From: Planctomycetota bacterium
Lineage (GTDB): Bacteria > Planctomycetota > UBA8108 > SXIK01
Direction: 5' to 3'
Assembly (NCBI GenBank): GCA_965223265.1
Contig: OZ244999.1
Coordinates: 3,200,001-3,264,000, forward strand
Length of the DNA stretch: 64,000 bases
Both the position numbers and the translations under genes were made by a program. Below are positions 10,301 through 19,100 of this stretch, piece by piece. The notes under the pieces were generated by a model that was not told the DNA's origin, made no database searches, and worked only from the letters and a program-made list of their open reading frames with translations. Every line of letters starts with the position of its first letter. Position 1 is the stretch's first letter.

Positions 10301-10908
10301 GCTTTACGATGAAGAGCGCGGAGAGCGAAGTGGCGCACGGGAAAACGAGGATAGTTGATCGAACGCAGAATGGGTTCACGAATGTCGTCGACGCTAACGT
10401 CCGTGCGTAATCCGAGTGCTTCCAACGCTATAGAGGCGATGACCGCGCTGTCGCCGACGTAGTACCCCAAGAGCTCTTTGGCTGAGACCTGGCAGGTGGA
10501 GATCTCCTTGGCGGCGGCTTGGAACTCAGGCTCCGCAGCCAGAATGCGTGGATGCGCGACGGAGTCGAAAAGGTCATCAAGCTTTTCGCCTAACTCGCGA
10601 ATGCGGCGGTGGTCCCGTTGGACGTCGTCTGTCGATGCGTGACTCTCTCCGTCTTCGCTTGCCGTCGGAGAGGATTCGGCGTCTCGACCCGCTGGCGAGT
10701 CGGTCTCGTCAGGGGCGACTCGATTAGTGGAGAGCACATTCGGCTCGCTGTCCTGGCGTTCAGGCGTTGGATGCGGCTGACCGGAGTCGTTCGGGGTCGG
10801 TGCCGGCTCAACACGGAGCGAAGATCCTCGAACGGCGAACTTTGCTCTTACAAGCCAGCCGATAGCGCAGCCGATGGCCACACAGGTCAGGTATTTCAGG
10901 TATTCCAT
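7306..10908 (-). CDS. Membrane-anchored ClpA/B-family double AAA+ ATPase fused to a C-terminal RF2-like (PCRF) domain lacking GGQ
   Basis: N-terminal hydrophobic helix. D1 Walker A GDSGVGKS. D2 motifs GPTGTGKTE, RLDMSEF, VLLDEFEKA, DDGRLTD, EFVNRLD and GARTLRR. C-terminal EMYTRWA, ESGIHVL, VVRRY and LVLSGNFD resemble RF2. Confidence 0.9.
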   Translation of the reverse strand: MEYLKYLTCVAIGCAIGWLVRAKFAVRGSSLRVEPAPTPNDSGQPHPTPERQDSEPNVLSTNRVAPDETDSPAGRDAESSPTASEDGESHASTDDVQRDHRRIRELGEKLDDLFDSVAHPRILAAEPEFQAAAKEISTCQVSAKELLGYYVGDSAVIASIALEALGLRTDVSVDDIREPILRSINYPRFPVRHFALRALHRKATSPILSSVLRRLDSDWEDELLVSVLEDFIAARLEDGDSLELGLSSSGLSVSAAEQLRDIALKLRSAYRKPLLDEIKRSRSESLDTEFLSGFGTLSPAFPPRNRGAESPSDLDIIQHDALKRAVDKMRKALTDHENPRSVLMVGDSGVGKSTVTSTLVDKLRDDGFSVFKASSAQVNAGQCYIGQLEERVTTLIQQIAHKRVIWVVENFHELMTTGTHRFNQVGVLHMILPHVESGAVKLVGELLPSGFESVCLAFPRLRGVVETVMLRPPSETTTREIARSWAAKNTTPTSPATISDETLDEAAELVRQYLPTRQAPGNLLDFLKLTWKRKVSELSSQPASQTRTVEIDRDDLVLTVTQVTGLPPELVDEQRSFDLTQLSAEFRRRVLGQPEATDVLVERVAMIKAGLTDPTRPLGVFLFAGPTGTGKTEVAKVFTECLFGSADRMIRLDMSEFTTDSSLGRLIGDSDSAEDRLSLVRQIRQQPFAVVLLDEFEKATAAVWDLFLQVFDDGRLTDRRGNTADCRNAIFILTSNIGASNAHSPAPGFVPPTTTSVEDYRSEEVTNAIGETFRKEFVNRLDRIVVFRPLSRKTMREILKLELDRALTRRGLRHRSWLIDWDESALEFLLERGFSAEFGARTLRRAVEQHLLTPLAMAIVRHEFPAGDHILLVRRQDGGLVVEAMDQGDDAIDASPHPSHGTSMPLDDEEAKGRLKTSGLVLHARGTLDEVRYLRQQYEDLALLLEANTFKSRKQGALDSMSQPSFWEDETRFKTLSLVEYIDRVESSLESTAALLSRLESSTSRMRPDLLRRVAQKIYLLEMAYPEIMAGTPRDAFLRVEPSSTRADGVRDLDFARQLVEMYTRWAKAREMKCNLLDVDPDDQKSSQRTDLFIEGYAAFNILQPESGIHVLEAGPSSSQGGVKSAVRVYVAPQDDHAATNETLQAQARRALTVDEETTAVVRRYRREPTPLVRDRVRGWRTGRLDLVLSGNFDLIDPGT

Positions 10909-11052
10909 GCGAAGATACCGCGGGTCAAGAATTGAAGCCGAGCGAGTAACATACCACGGACGAACCTGATCGTCGGGCTCGAACCTCTGCCGCTGAGGAC
11001 CGGGTCAAGTGCGGGCCACGCGGCGCCTCCCGCGCCCTTAACCTCGAGTTAA

Positions 11053-11232
11053 CAGCCCGCCTGAAAAAGTCATTCGGCTGAGAAACCGGCCTCTTCACGC
11101 CCAGATCAGCCGCGGCGAGCCTCGCCGTGTATATCTTATAGAAGAGGGCTCGGAGATTACCTGCGTTCGCCGCGGCCGATCTGGACGCGAAGCGACCAGT
11201 TTTCAGCTCGGAGCACTTTTTCAGGCGGGCTG
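11053..11232 (+). mobile_element. MITE, 180-bp subfamily A, TTAA duplication
   Basis: TIR CAGCCCGCCTGAAAAAG...CTTTTTCAGGCGGGCTG, TTAA on both flanks, homologous copies elsewhere in the window. Confidence 0.88.
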
Positions 11233-11383
11233 TTAACTGCGACGCCGCATCCGTCGAGCCGCGGATCTTCCGACGCCGCACGCATCTAGTACCAGCTGCG
11301 CCCTCCGAACGACTTGCGCTCAGGCGGCAGCTTGGGGAGAATTTAACGTTTTGAGCAACAGACGATCGATTCGAGGTAGAGAA

Positions 11384-14300
11384 ATGGCATCGCGTTGGCA
11401 CCCGATCTGGATCGCCGCGACCTGCGGCGTGATCCTGGCTGTGGTGCGTATCCCTGTTTGGGCCGACGAAACGCCGGCGTCAGAGCGGTTCGCGCGTGAG
11501 GTGCAGCCAATTTTCGAGGCCCACTGCGTGAAGTGCCACGGCGCCGAGGTGCAGAGGTCGGGTCTCGATCTAGGTTCCGCGGCGGGGCTACTACGCGGCG
11601 GCGACTCGGGGCCTGTCGTGGTGGCGGGGAAGCCAGACGAGAGCGTCCTCTTCGAGCTCGTGAAGGAAGGGGCGATGCCGCCGGCGAAGACGAGCCGCCT
11701 CAACGACTCCGAGATCGACACCCTACGTGCTTGGATTGCTGACGGCGCGCCCGTCGATGCCGCTGCCATAGCGGCAGCCCAGTCGACAGCGCCAACCCAG
11801 CACGACGTTGTGCCCATTCTCCTCCTGCGCTGCACCGTCTGCCATGGCAGGAGCCGCCAAGAGGGAGGACTCGATCTGCGGACCAAGGAGTCCATGCTGC
11901 GCGGTGGTAAGTCGGGGCCGGCCATCGTGCTCGGCCGGCCAAGCGAGAGCTTACTCGTCAAGCGCGTCCAGAGCGGCGACATGCCGCCGCGGCGTCAAAT
12001 GGTCTCGGTGAGCGTCAAGCCGATGGCGCCGAATGAATTGGAAGTCATCGAGAAGTGGATCGCGGCGGGCGCGCCGGAATCGAGTGCGCCGCCCGCATCT
12101 GTCAGCGATCAGGCGGATCCGCTGGTCAGCGCTGCCGACCGTGAGTTCTGGGCGTTTCAGGCGCCGCGCCGTGCTGCGGCTCCGAAGGTTCGCGCTTCTG
12201 AGCTAGTGCGCAACTCGATCGACGCCTTCATCCTTGCACGGCTTGAAGCCGTCGGTCTCACGTTCGCGTCGCCGGCGGACAGGGTGACACTTCTCCGCCG
12301 CGTCTATTTCGACCTGACTGGGCTGCCGCCGCCCGCCGCAGAAGTGGCGGCCTTCGCCGAGGATCCATCCCCTCAGGCGTACGAGAAGCTAGTCGATCGT
12401 CTGCTTGCCTCACCGGAGTACGGCGAGCGCTGGGCGCGCCATTGGCTCGACGTCAGCGGATACGCTGATTCGGAAGGGAAGCGGGAACAGGACCTCGAAC
12501 GTCCTTGGGCATTTCGCTATCGCGATTACGTCGTCGCAGCACTCAGTGCGGATCGTCCCTACGATCGATTCCTGATCGAACAGATCGCCGGCGATGAGCT
12601 TTTTGACTACGAAAACGTCGACGAGGTTACCGACGAGATCTACAGCGCTCTCGTCGCCACGGGCTTTTTACGTATGGGACCTGATGGCACCTGGGCAAAT
12701 ATCACAAATTTCGTCCCGGATCGACTTGAGGTGATCGGGGATGCGCTCGATGTTCTCTCCGCGGGCGTCATGGGATTGACGATGAAATGTTCCCGTTGTC
12801 ACGATCACAAGTTCGATCCGATACCGCAGCGCGACTATTATCGGTTAGCAGCCGTTTTCCAAGGGGCTTACGACCAGCACGCTTGGCTCCGACCAGGCGC
12901 AGCGAAGCAGTATCCGTTCCGCGCGCGCAAGTTTTCGCCGCGGCATCTGCCGTACGTCTTGCCTGCGGAGCGAGCGCGGTACGCCGCAGAAAAGTCGGCA
13001 GTCGAAAGCAAGATTGCCGCGGCGCAGCGCATCCTCGACGAAGCGGAGACCCAGCTGCGACGGAAGCTATTAGCAGAGCGGCTGGCCGGTTTGCCGGACG
13101 AGCTGCAAGCGGACGTGAAAAAGGCCATCGAGACGCCTGCCGCGAAGCGTGACGAAGTGCAGGCCTACCTGAGGTCGAAGTTTGGGGAACAACTGAAGAT
13201 CGACCGCGGCGAGCTCGAAGAGCGAGACGCCGACTTCAAAAACCTGCGCGTAGAAACCGACAAACGTGTCGCCGCGCTGCAGCAGCAACTGCCTCCGCCG
13301 CCCCAAATTCGTGCTCTCTGGGACACTGGCGAGGCCTCTCCGACCTACATCCTACGGCGCGGGGACTACCGGCGCGCGGGGCGCCGCGTCGAGCCTGGCG
13401 TGCCATCCGTCCTCATGAACGCGTCGAGTTCGTTCGCCGTTCAACCGCCCTGGCCCGGTGCAAAACAGACCGGGCGGCGATTGGCATTGGCCCGTTGGCT
13501 CGTCGGTCCCAGCCATCCGCTCACCGCGCGCGTCATGGTGAATCGCGTCTGGCGACACCATTTCGGACGTGGAATTGTCCGCACGCTAGGAAACTTTGGC
13601 CGCACCGGTGCGCCGCCGACTCACCCAGACCTGCTCGATTGGCTGGCCACCGAGTTCGTTCGCAGCGGTTGGAGTCTGAAGCGACTCCATCGCCTTCTCG
13701 TGACGTCCGCGACTTACCGTCAAACCTCCACCGTCTCGGCGCAGAGTGCCGCGCTAGATGCGGATGGCAGCCTCTACTCCAGAATGCCTTTGCGTCGCCT
13801 GGACGCCGAAGAGATCCGAGACGCGATGGTCGACGTTGCGGGAAAGCTTGACCGTCGGCGGTTTGGCCCGGCGGTTCCTGTCGAGGCGCGCAAGGATGGG
13901 CTGGTCACGGAAATTGGCGGCGAACGAGGGTGGAGGCGGAGTCTTTACATCCAGCAGATACGGAAAAAGCCGCTGACAATTTTCGAGAGTTTCGACGTGC
14001 CCGCCATGAACCCTAATTGTATCGAGCGCAAGCAGTCGAACGTCGCACTTCAGGCGCTCTACCTGCTGAACAATCGGCGAGTGTGGGAGCTCGCAGACGC
14101 GTTCGCAGCGGCTGTGATGTCGGAGGGAGACGACAGCCTTGAACGTCAGGTCGTTCGCGTCTATCGTCGTGGCTTGGGACGGTTGCCGACCAACAGCGAG
14201 CTGAATGCGGCCGTGGCGACGCTCCGCGAGTTGGAAACGGCGTGGAGTGAGAGCCCCGAAACCGGCGGGGATGCTGCCGCCGAAGAGGCCACGAGCAGTC

Positions 14301-14404
14301 CATTCACCGCCAGCACGCCAGCTTCCGTGACCGCGCGTCAGCGAGCCCTCCGAAGCCTCTGCCACACGATCATGAACTCCGCCGCTTTTCTCTACGTGGA
14401 TTGA
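11384..14404 (+). CDS. Planctomycete cytochrome c x2 + DUF1549 (PSCyt2) + DUF1553 (PSD1) protein
   Basis: [48 protein letters not shown] and HPDLLDWLA motifs. Confidence 0.93.
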   Translation: MASRWHPIWIAATCGVILAVVRIPVWADETPASERFAREVQPIFEAHCVKCHGAEVQRSGLDLGSAAGLLRGGDSGPVVVAGKPDESVLFELVKEGAMPPAKTSRLNDSEIDTLRAWIADGAPVDAAAIAAAQSTAPTQHDVVPILLLRCTVCHGRSRQEGGLDLRTKESMLRGGKSGPAIVLGRPSESLLVKRVQSGDMPPRRQMVSVSVKPMAPNELEVIEKWIAAGAPESSAPPASVSDQADPLVSAADREFWAFQAPRRAAAPKVRASELVRNSIDAFILARLEAVGLTFASPADRVTLLRRVYFDLTGLPPPAAEVAAFAEDPSPQAYEKLVDRLLASPEYGERWARHWLDVSGYADSEGKREQDLERPWAFRYRDYVVAALSADRPYDRFLIEQIAGDELFDYENVDEVTDEIYSALVATGFLRMGPDGTWANITNFVPDRLEVIGDALDVLSAGVMGLTMKCSRCHDHKFDPIPQRDYYRLAAVFQGAYDQHAWLRPGAAKQYPFRARKFSPRHLPYVLPAERARYAAEKSAVESKIAAAQRILDEAETQLRRKLLAERLAGLPDELQADVKKAIETPAAKRDEVQAYLRSKFGEQLKIDRGELEERDADFKNLRVETDKRVAALQQQLPPPPQIRALWDTGEASPTYILRRGDYRRAGRRVEPGVPSVLMNASSSFAVQPPWPGAKQTGRRLALARWLVGPSHPLTARVMVNRVWRHHFGRGIVRTLGNFGRTGAPPTHPDLLDWLATEFVRSGWSLKRLHRLLVTSATYRQTSTVSAQSAALDADGSLYSRMPLRRLDAEEIRDAMVDVAGKLDRRRFGPAVPVEARKDGLVTEIGGERGWRRSLYIQQIRKKPLTIFESFDVPAMNPNCIERKQSNVALQALYLLNNRRVWELADAFAAAVMSEGDDSLERQVVRVYRRGLGRLPTNSELNAAVATLRELETAWSESPETGGDAAAEEATSSPFTASTPASVTARQRALRSLCHTIMNSAAFLYVD

Positions 14405-14410
14405 ACTGTT

Positions 14411-15889
14411 TTGATCACCTCTGAAACCTCTTCCACCCCACTGCAGATTCCCGAACCCCTGATGGATCGACGCTCTTTCTTCGATCGCATGTCAGGCGGC
14501 GTGTATGGAGCGGCGCTTGCGTACCTGTTAGGGAGTCGGAGTGCCGTCGCCGCGTTGGAGCAACATGCGGCGGGAGATGCAGCGCAGCCTCGAGTGCCAC
14601 ATTTCCGCGCCCCCGCGCGCTCGATCATTCATCTATTCATGAACGGTGGCCCGAGCCAGATGGATCTCTTCGATCCCAAGCCCGCTTTGACTCGCCTCCA
14701 CGGCACACCGTATTTCGAGAAGATTGCGGGCGAGGTCGAGAATCCTGGGTCGGCCGGCGCGTTGATGCGCAGCCCATTCGACTTTCAGCGCTTCGGTGAA
14801 TCTGGAATGTGGGTCTCCGAGCTCATGCCAAACTTGGCGCGTCACGTCGACGACATCGCGTTCATCCGTTCGATGCACACGACCAATCTGACGCACGAGA
14901 CAGCGCTGTACAAAATTCATACCGGGCGAATGTTTCCAGGAAACCCGGCGCTCGGCTCATGGGTCGTGTATGCGCTGGGCTCGGAGAATCAGAACCTACC
15001 CGCTTACGTTGTGCTGGACGATCCGCTCGGACTCCCAATCAACGGCATCGAAAACTGGCAAGCTGGGTTCTTGCCGGCCGTGCATCAGGGAACACGCTTT
15101 CGCTCCACGGGCTCTCCTGTCCTCAATCTTGAACCGGACTTCGACGTGCCGCCGGCCGTTGCCGAGCTGCAGCGCGGGCTACTGAGGCGACTCGACCGTT
15201 TGCATCTCGATCGACGTCCGGCGCAGTCGCAGCTGCAGACGAGGCTCGCGAGTTACGAGCTCGCGGCGCGCATGCAGCTTGCGGCCAGCGAAGCGCTCGA
15301 TCTGGAGGCGGAATCTCCGCGTACGCTCGAGATGTACGGTATCGGAAAGAAGCCCACAGACTCGTACGGTCGACGCTGCCTGCTCGCCCGGAGACTCATC
15401 GAGCGTGGCGTTCGTTTCATACAGCTGTTCATTAATGGTCAAATCTGGGACCAGCACAACGATTTGGCGCCGACGCTCACGAGCGCCTGCCGCCGCACCG
15501 ATCAGCCCATCGCGGCGCTGCTCACTGATCTTAAAGAGCGCGGGCTGCTCGAAGAGACTCTCGTCGTGTGGGGCGGCGAGTTCGGCCGCTTACCGATCGC
15601 GCAATTGACACCGGGAGCGGATCCGCGCAAGGCTGGTCGAGATCACAACAAGAACGCCTTTACGACGTGGATGGCGGGCGCTGGCGTCCGCGGCGGTGTG
15701 ATCCACGGCGCTACCGACGAGCTCGGGTTCGCTGCGGTTGAGGATCGCGTCAGCGTGCAGGACTGGCACGCGACGATCCTCCATTTGCTCGGCCTCGATC
15801 ACGAGCGCGTTGTCTTCGAACGCGCCGGCCTTGAGGAGAAATTGACGGGCGTGTTCGAGGCACACTTGATCGAAGCGATCTTAGCTTAG
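14411..15889 (+). CDS. DUF1501 family protein (Tat signal)
   Basis: RRSFF, FMNGGPSQMDLFDPKP, WGGEFGRLP, GRDHN. This family is the usual partner of DUF1553 genes. The start may be ATG 14462. Confidence 0.93.
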   Translation: MITSETSSTPLQIPEPLMDRRSFFDRMSGGVYGAALAYLLGSRSAVAALEQHAAGDAAQPRVPHFRAPARSIIHLFMNGGPSQMDLFDPKPALTRLHGTPYFEKIAGEVENPGSAGALMRSPFDFQRFGESGMWVSELMPNLARHVDDIAFIRSMHTTNLTHETALYKIHTGRMFPGNPALGSWVVYALGSENQNLPAYVVLDDPLGLPINGIENWQAGFLPAVHQGTRFRSTGSPVLNLEPDFDVPPAVAELQRGLLRRLDRLHLDRRPAQSQLQTRLASYELAARMQLAASEALDLEAESPRTLEMYGIGKKPTDSYGRRCLLARRLIERGVRFIQLFINGQIWDQHNDLAPTLTSACRRTDQPIAALLTDLKERGLLEETLVVWGGEFGRLPIAQLTPGADPRKAGRDHNKNAFTTWMAGAGVRGGVIHGATDELGFAAVEDRVSVQDWHATILHLLGLDHERVVFERAGLEEKLTGVFEAHLIEAILA

Positions 15890-15894
15890 CCCAG

Positions 15895-16053
15895 CAGCCC
15901 GTTGAAAAAGTCATTCGGCCGAGAAACTGGCCTCTTCACGCCCAGCTCGACGGCGTCAATACTCAAAAATTTCGGAGATTACCTGCGTTTGCCGCAGCCG
16001 ATCTGGACGCGAAGAGACCAGTTTTCGGCTCGAAGCACTTCTTCAACAAGCTG
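15895..16053 (+). mobile_element. MITE, 159-bp subfamily B
   Basis: CAGCCCGTTGAAAAAG...CTTCTTCAACAAGCTG with flanks CCAG/CTAG, between convergent genes. Confidence 0.85.
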
Positions 16054-16122
16054 CTAGCCTCGAGTTGGCCATTTCGCGCCGGCCTGGCCGGACGTGTTGA
16101 CCGGGATTCCACAGTCTGTCTG

Positions 16123-19100
16123 TCACGTCTCGCAGGGAGCCGTCGGACACTCCATGAGCGCGTCGTCGCTCGAGTCTTCGCCGCAGTTCGGGTATGGCGC
16201 CGGTAGGGGGGACGCGCCACGGAACAGAAAGAGCAGGACGCGAATGCCATCGCTGACGTTCAGGCGGCCGGAATCGTCAGCATCGGCAGCATCTTCGCAG
16301 GCAACGCCCGCGGTGCCGCGGAAGAGGAAATTGAGTACGGTGAGTGCGTCGTCGAGCGTCACGGAGCCGTCGCCGTTGGCGTCGCCACGAATGAAGCCGC
16401 GGTTTGAAGTCGCGGTCACGGGCGCGAAGACACCCCTCTTGAAGCCGACGTAGTCGATGTCAATGGCGCCGAAGTCCGTGCGATTGGCAAGGCCAACTTC
16501 GAGGTACGTGCCTTCGAATCCCGTCTCCGTACCGGACGACGGCAAACGCAGCGTCGCGTCAGAACGAGGCTCCGATTCTCCGTTCAAGTAGAGGCGGACG
16601 CGATGCTCGTCGCCTGCTGGCTCGATCGTGATCCACATCGATTGGAATTCGCTCATCGACACGTCGACTGACTCACGCGTCGAGCTGTGGAGCTGGCCTT
16701 CGTCGAGCCAAAGAGCGTAGTGCACTCGCGCGGTCGAACTGCGGTGGGCGATACCGACCTGACCGCGTACCGGGGTGCCGGGCTCTTGCCCTTTTGCGGC
16801 CGGATTGACGCGAAGCCGAGCGACGAGAGTCACACCGTCCGCGAAATCGTTTGTCTCTCCAAGCGGGCGCAGAAAGATCAGGCGGCTGTTGTCGAGCTCT
16901 CGATCTACAGGAGATTCGGGATCCTCCAGACTGAGAACGGTTGCCGGACCGTTGTCCTCAGCCATCTCTGAAAGGACGCGAACTTCGACACCGCCTGGGC
17001 TGCCTTCTTCTGGTGCACTGCCGTCCCAAGTGCTGAGGCTTGACGAGATCCAAGTGCCGTCGAGCAGCGGCGCCACCGGATTGAGTCGCGCGTCCGAGAA
17101 TTGATCGGCCCCGACGCTCGCGTCGTAGAGATAATCGAAACCCTCGGGGGGGCGCAGCCAGCCGCCCAGCTGGTTCTGTGCTGGCACGTCGACCACTAAC
17201 TCCGCGGCCGTTTCGGAGGCGACACCGGCGCCGTTGATCGCCACCACTTCATAGCGATGCTGAGCACCCGGCGTCACTGTGACGTCGACGAATTCCTCGC
17301 CATCGATCAGATCGCCAGTCAACAGGACGCCGTCGCGGAAGATTCTATAGCCGAGGACTCCTGAGTCGGGATCCGAGCTGCCGCTCCAGCGAATCACGAC
17401 CGAGCGAAATCCAACGTGGGAGCTCTCTACCAGAGAGGGCGAGGCTGGGCCGCTCGTGTCCGCGGGACCGATCTTGAACTCGGTCGGATCGGAAAGATAG
17501 CTCCAGCGTCCGCTCGAGTCGAGGTGAGCGGCGCGGAACAGATACGAGCCGTCTTCGAGCATGAGGTCGTCCGGAAGCGTCACTGAAAGTAGATCTGCAT
17601 CGCTTTCGAAGTCCCACAGGGGCTCAACCCAGTCGCCTGACGCGCTGATGAGAAGCCAACGAGACGCAGCGTGTGTGTCGCCTGCATCGGGGTCGACGAA
17701 GGCGCGGGTCTTGAGCACGATCGGAGGTGACTGCACGGCACCTGTGAACGGCTCCGTATTAACTGGCGTGCGCGGAATCGTCGGGTCGACGAACAACGGC
17801 AACAGTGTTCGGCGCAGCGCGTCGCTTTCACCAACAAGCATGTCAGCGTTTTCTTCAACGCGGCGCGTTCCCCAGCGATCGACGTCGGCGTCGGCGATCT
17901 CTTTGATCAGGGAAGTCCAATCCGACAGGATTTGTCGCAGCCGATCTTCCCCATAAGCTACCTGCCAGAGAAAACGAAAACGATTTTCGAATTCAATCGG
18001 GAAGAAGCGAAGCGCACGCTGCAGCGGCTCCTCACCACTCGTGTTGGAAAACGCGCCATCGAGATCCCACGGCAGCACTTCCCACTTCGCAGACTCGCTG
18101 TCAAAGTAGTAGAAGTAGTTCTTCAAGCTGTCCATGTCGTTGTTGTTTGTCAGCTCCGTGGCGGTACGGAACGACAAGTATCGGTGGATATCCAGGTTCT
18201 GCTCGAAGAACGCCTGGTCACCGCTCGACGAGAGCGCAACGTCAAGGAACGAATCGACGTCGCTGCGATCGAGTGGATCGCAGTCGGAATGCTGTTTGTC
18301 GGGAAAGCCTCGGAATTTGTAGATACTCGAAGCTTCGTCGGTGGGGCGTCCTTGGTCCCGCAGCATGACTTTGTCGATGCCCTGGAGATCCAGGTAGAGC
18401 CCGAAGAGGTCGCCGTCGCGCTGCCCGGTCTCGTTTGGAGTATCGACGATGCGGAGATGGACGAACGTCGTCTGACTCGCCATCACCCCACAGTCACGGT
18501 AAACCTTGAGGGCCAAGCTCTCGACCAGTCCAGAATTCTCAGCGCGCACGATGTTGGCCTTTGACCGCCTGTTCGGATATCGCTCACCGTTGTTGAAGCG
18601 GCCGCGAAATCGGTTTCCCTTGTTGAATTTGATCTTCCAACTCCGTTTCGCGGAGCCGAAGCGGCTTGTGATCGATCCGCGTAGGCGCACGCCGACATGA
18701 TCGTAAACACGCCCTTCGTGTACGAACGTCACCCTGTGACGGTAGAGACTGAACATGTCTTCGGGGATTACCTCGAACTGCACCTGTTCGATGTCGTCGG
18801 GATGTCCGACGATAAAGTAGACTGGGACTTTGTCGAGATTTGTGTGCGTGAACCCGCTTTCTCCGAAGGCGCTGTTCGTCGCGACGTAGTCTGGAATTCC
18901 GTCGTAGACGAAGTAGCCGAAGTTTGGTTCTGGATCGTTCGCGAACGGCGCTACGCTTTCGAGTGCCGACGTGGCGAGGTCGGTCGCGCGTACGCGGTAG
19001 CGGACCAGAGTGCGATGTGGCTGTGCGGGAACGGTGGCGACGTGCTTGCCGAGGTCTGCGTCGTATGACATCGGCAGCGAGGTCCAGTCGGTCTCAAACG

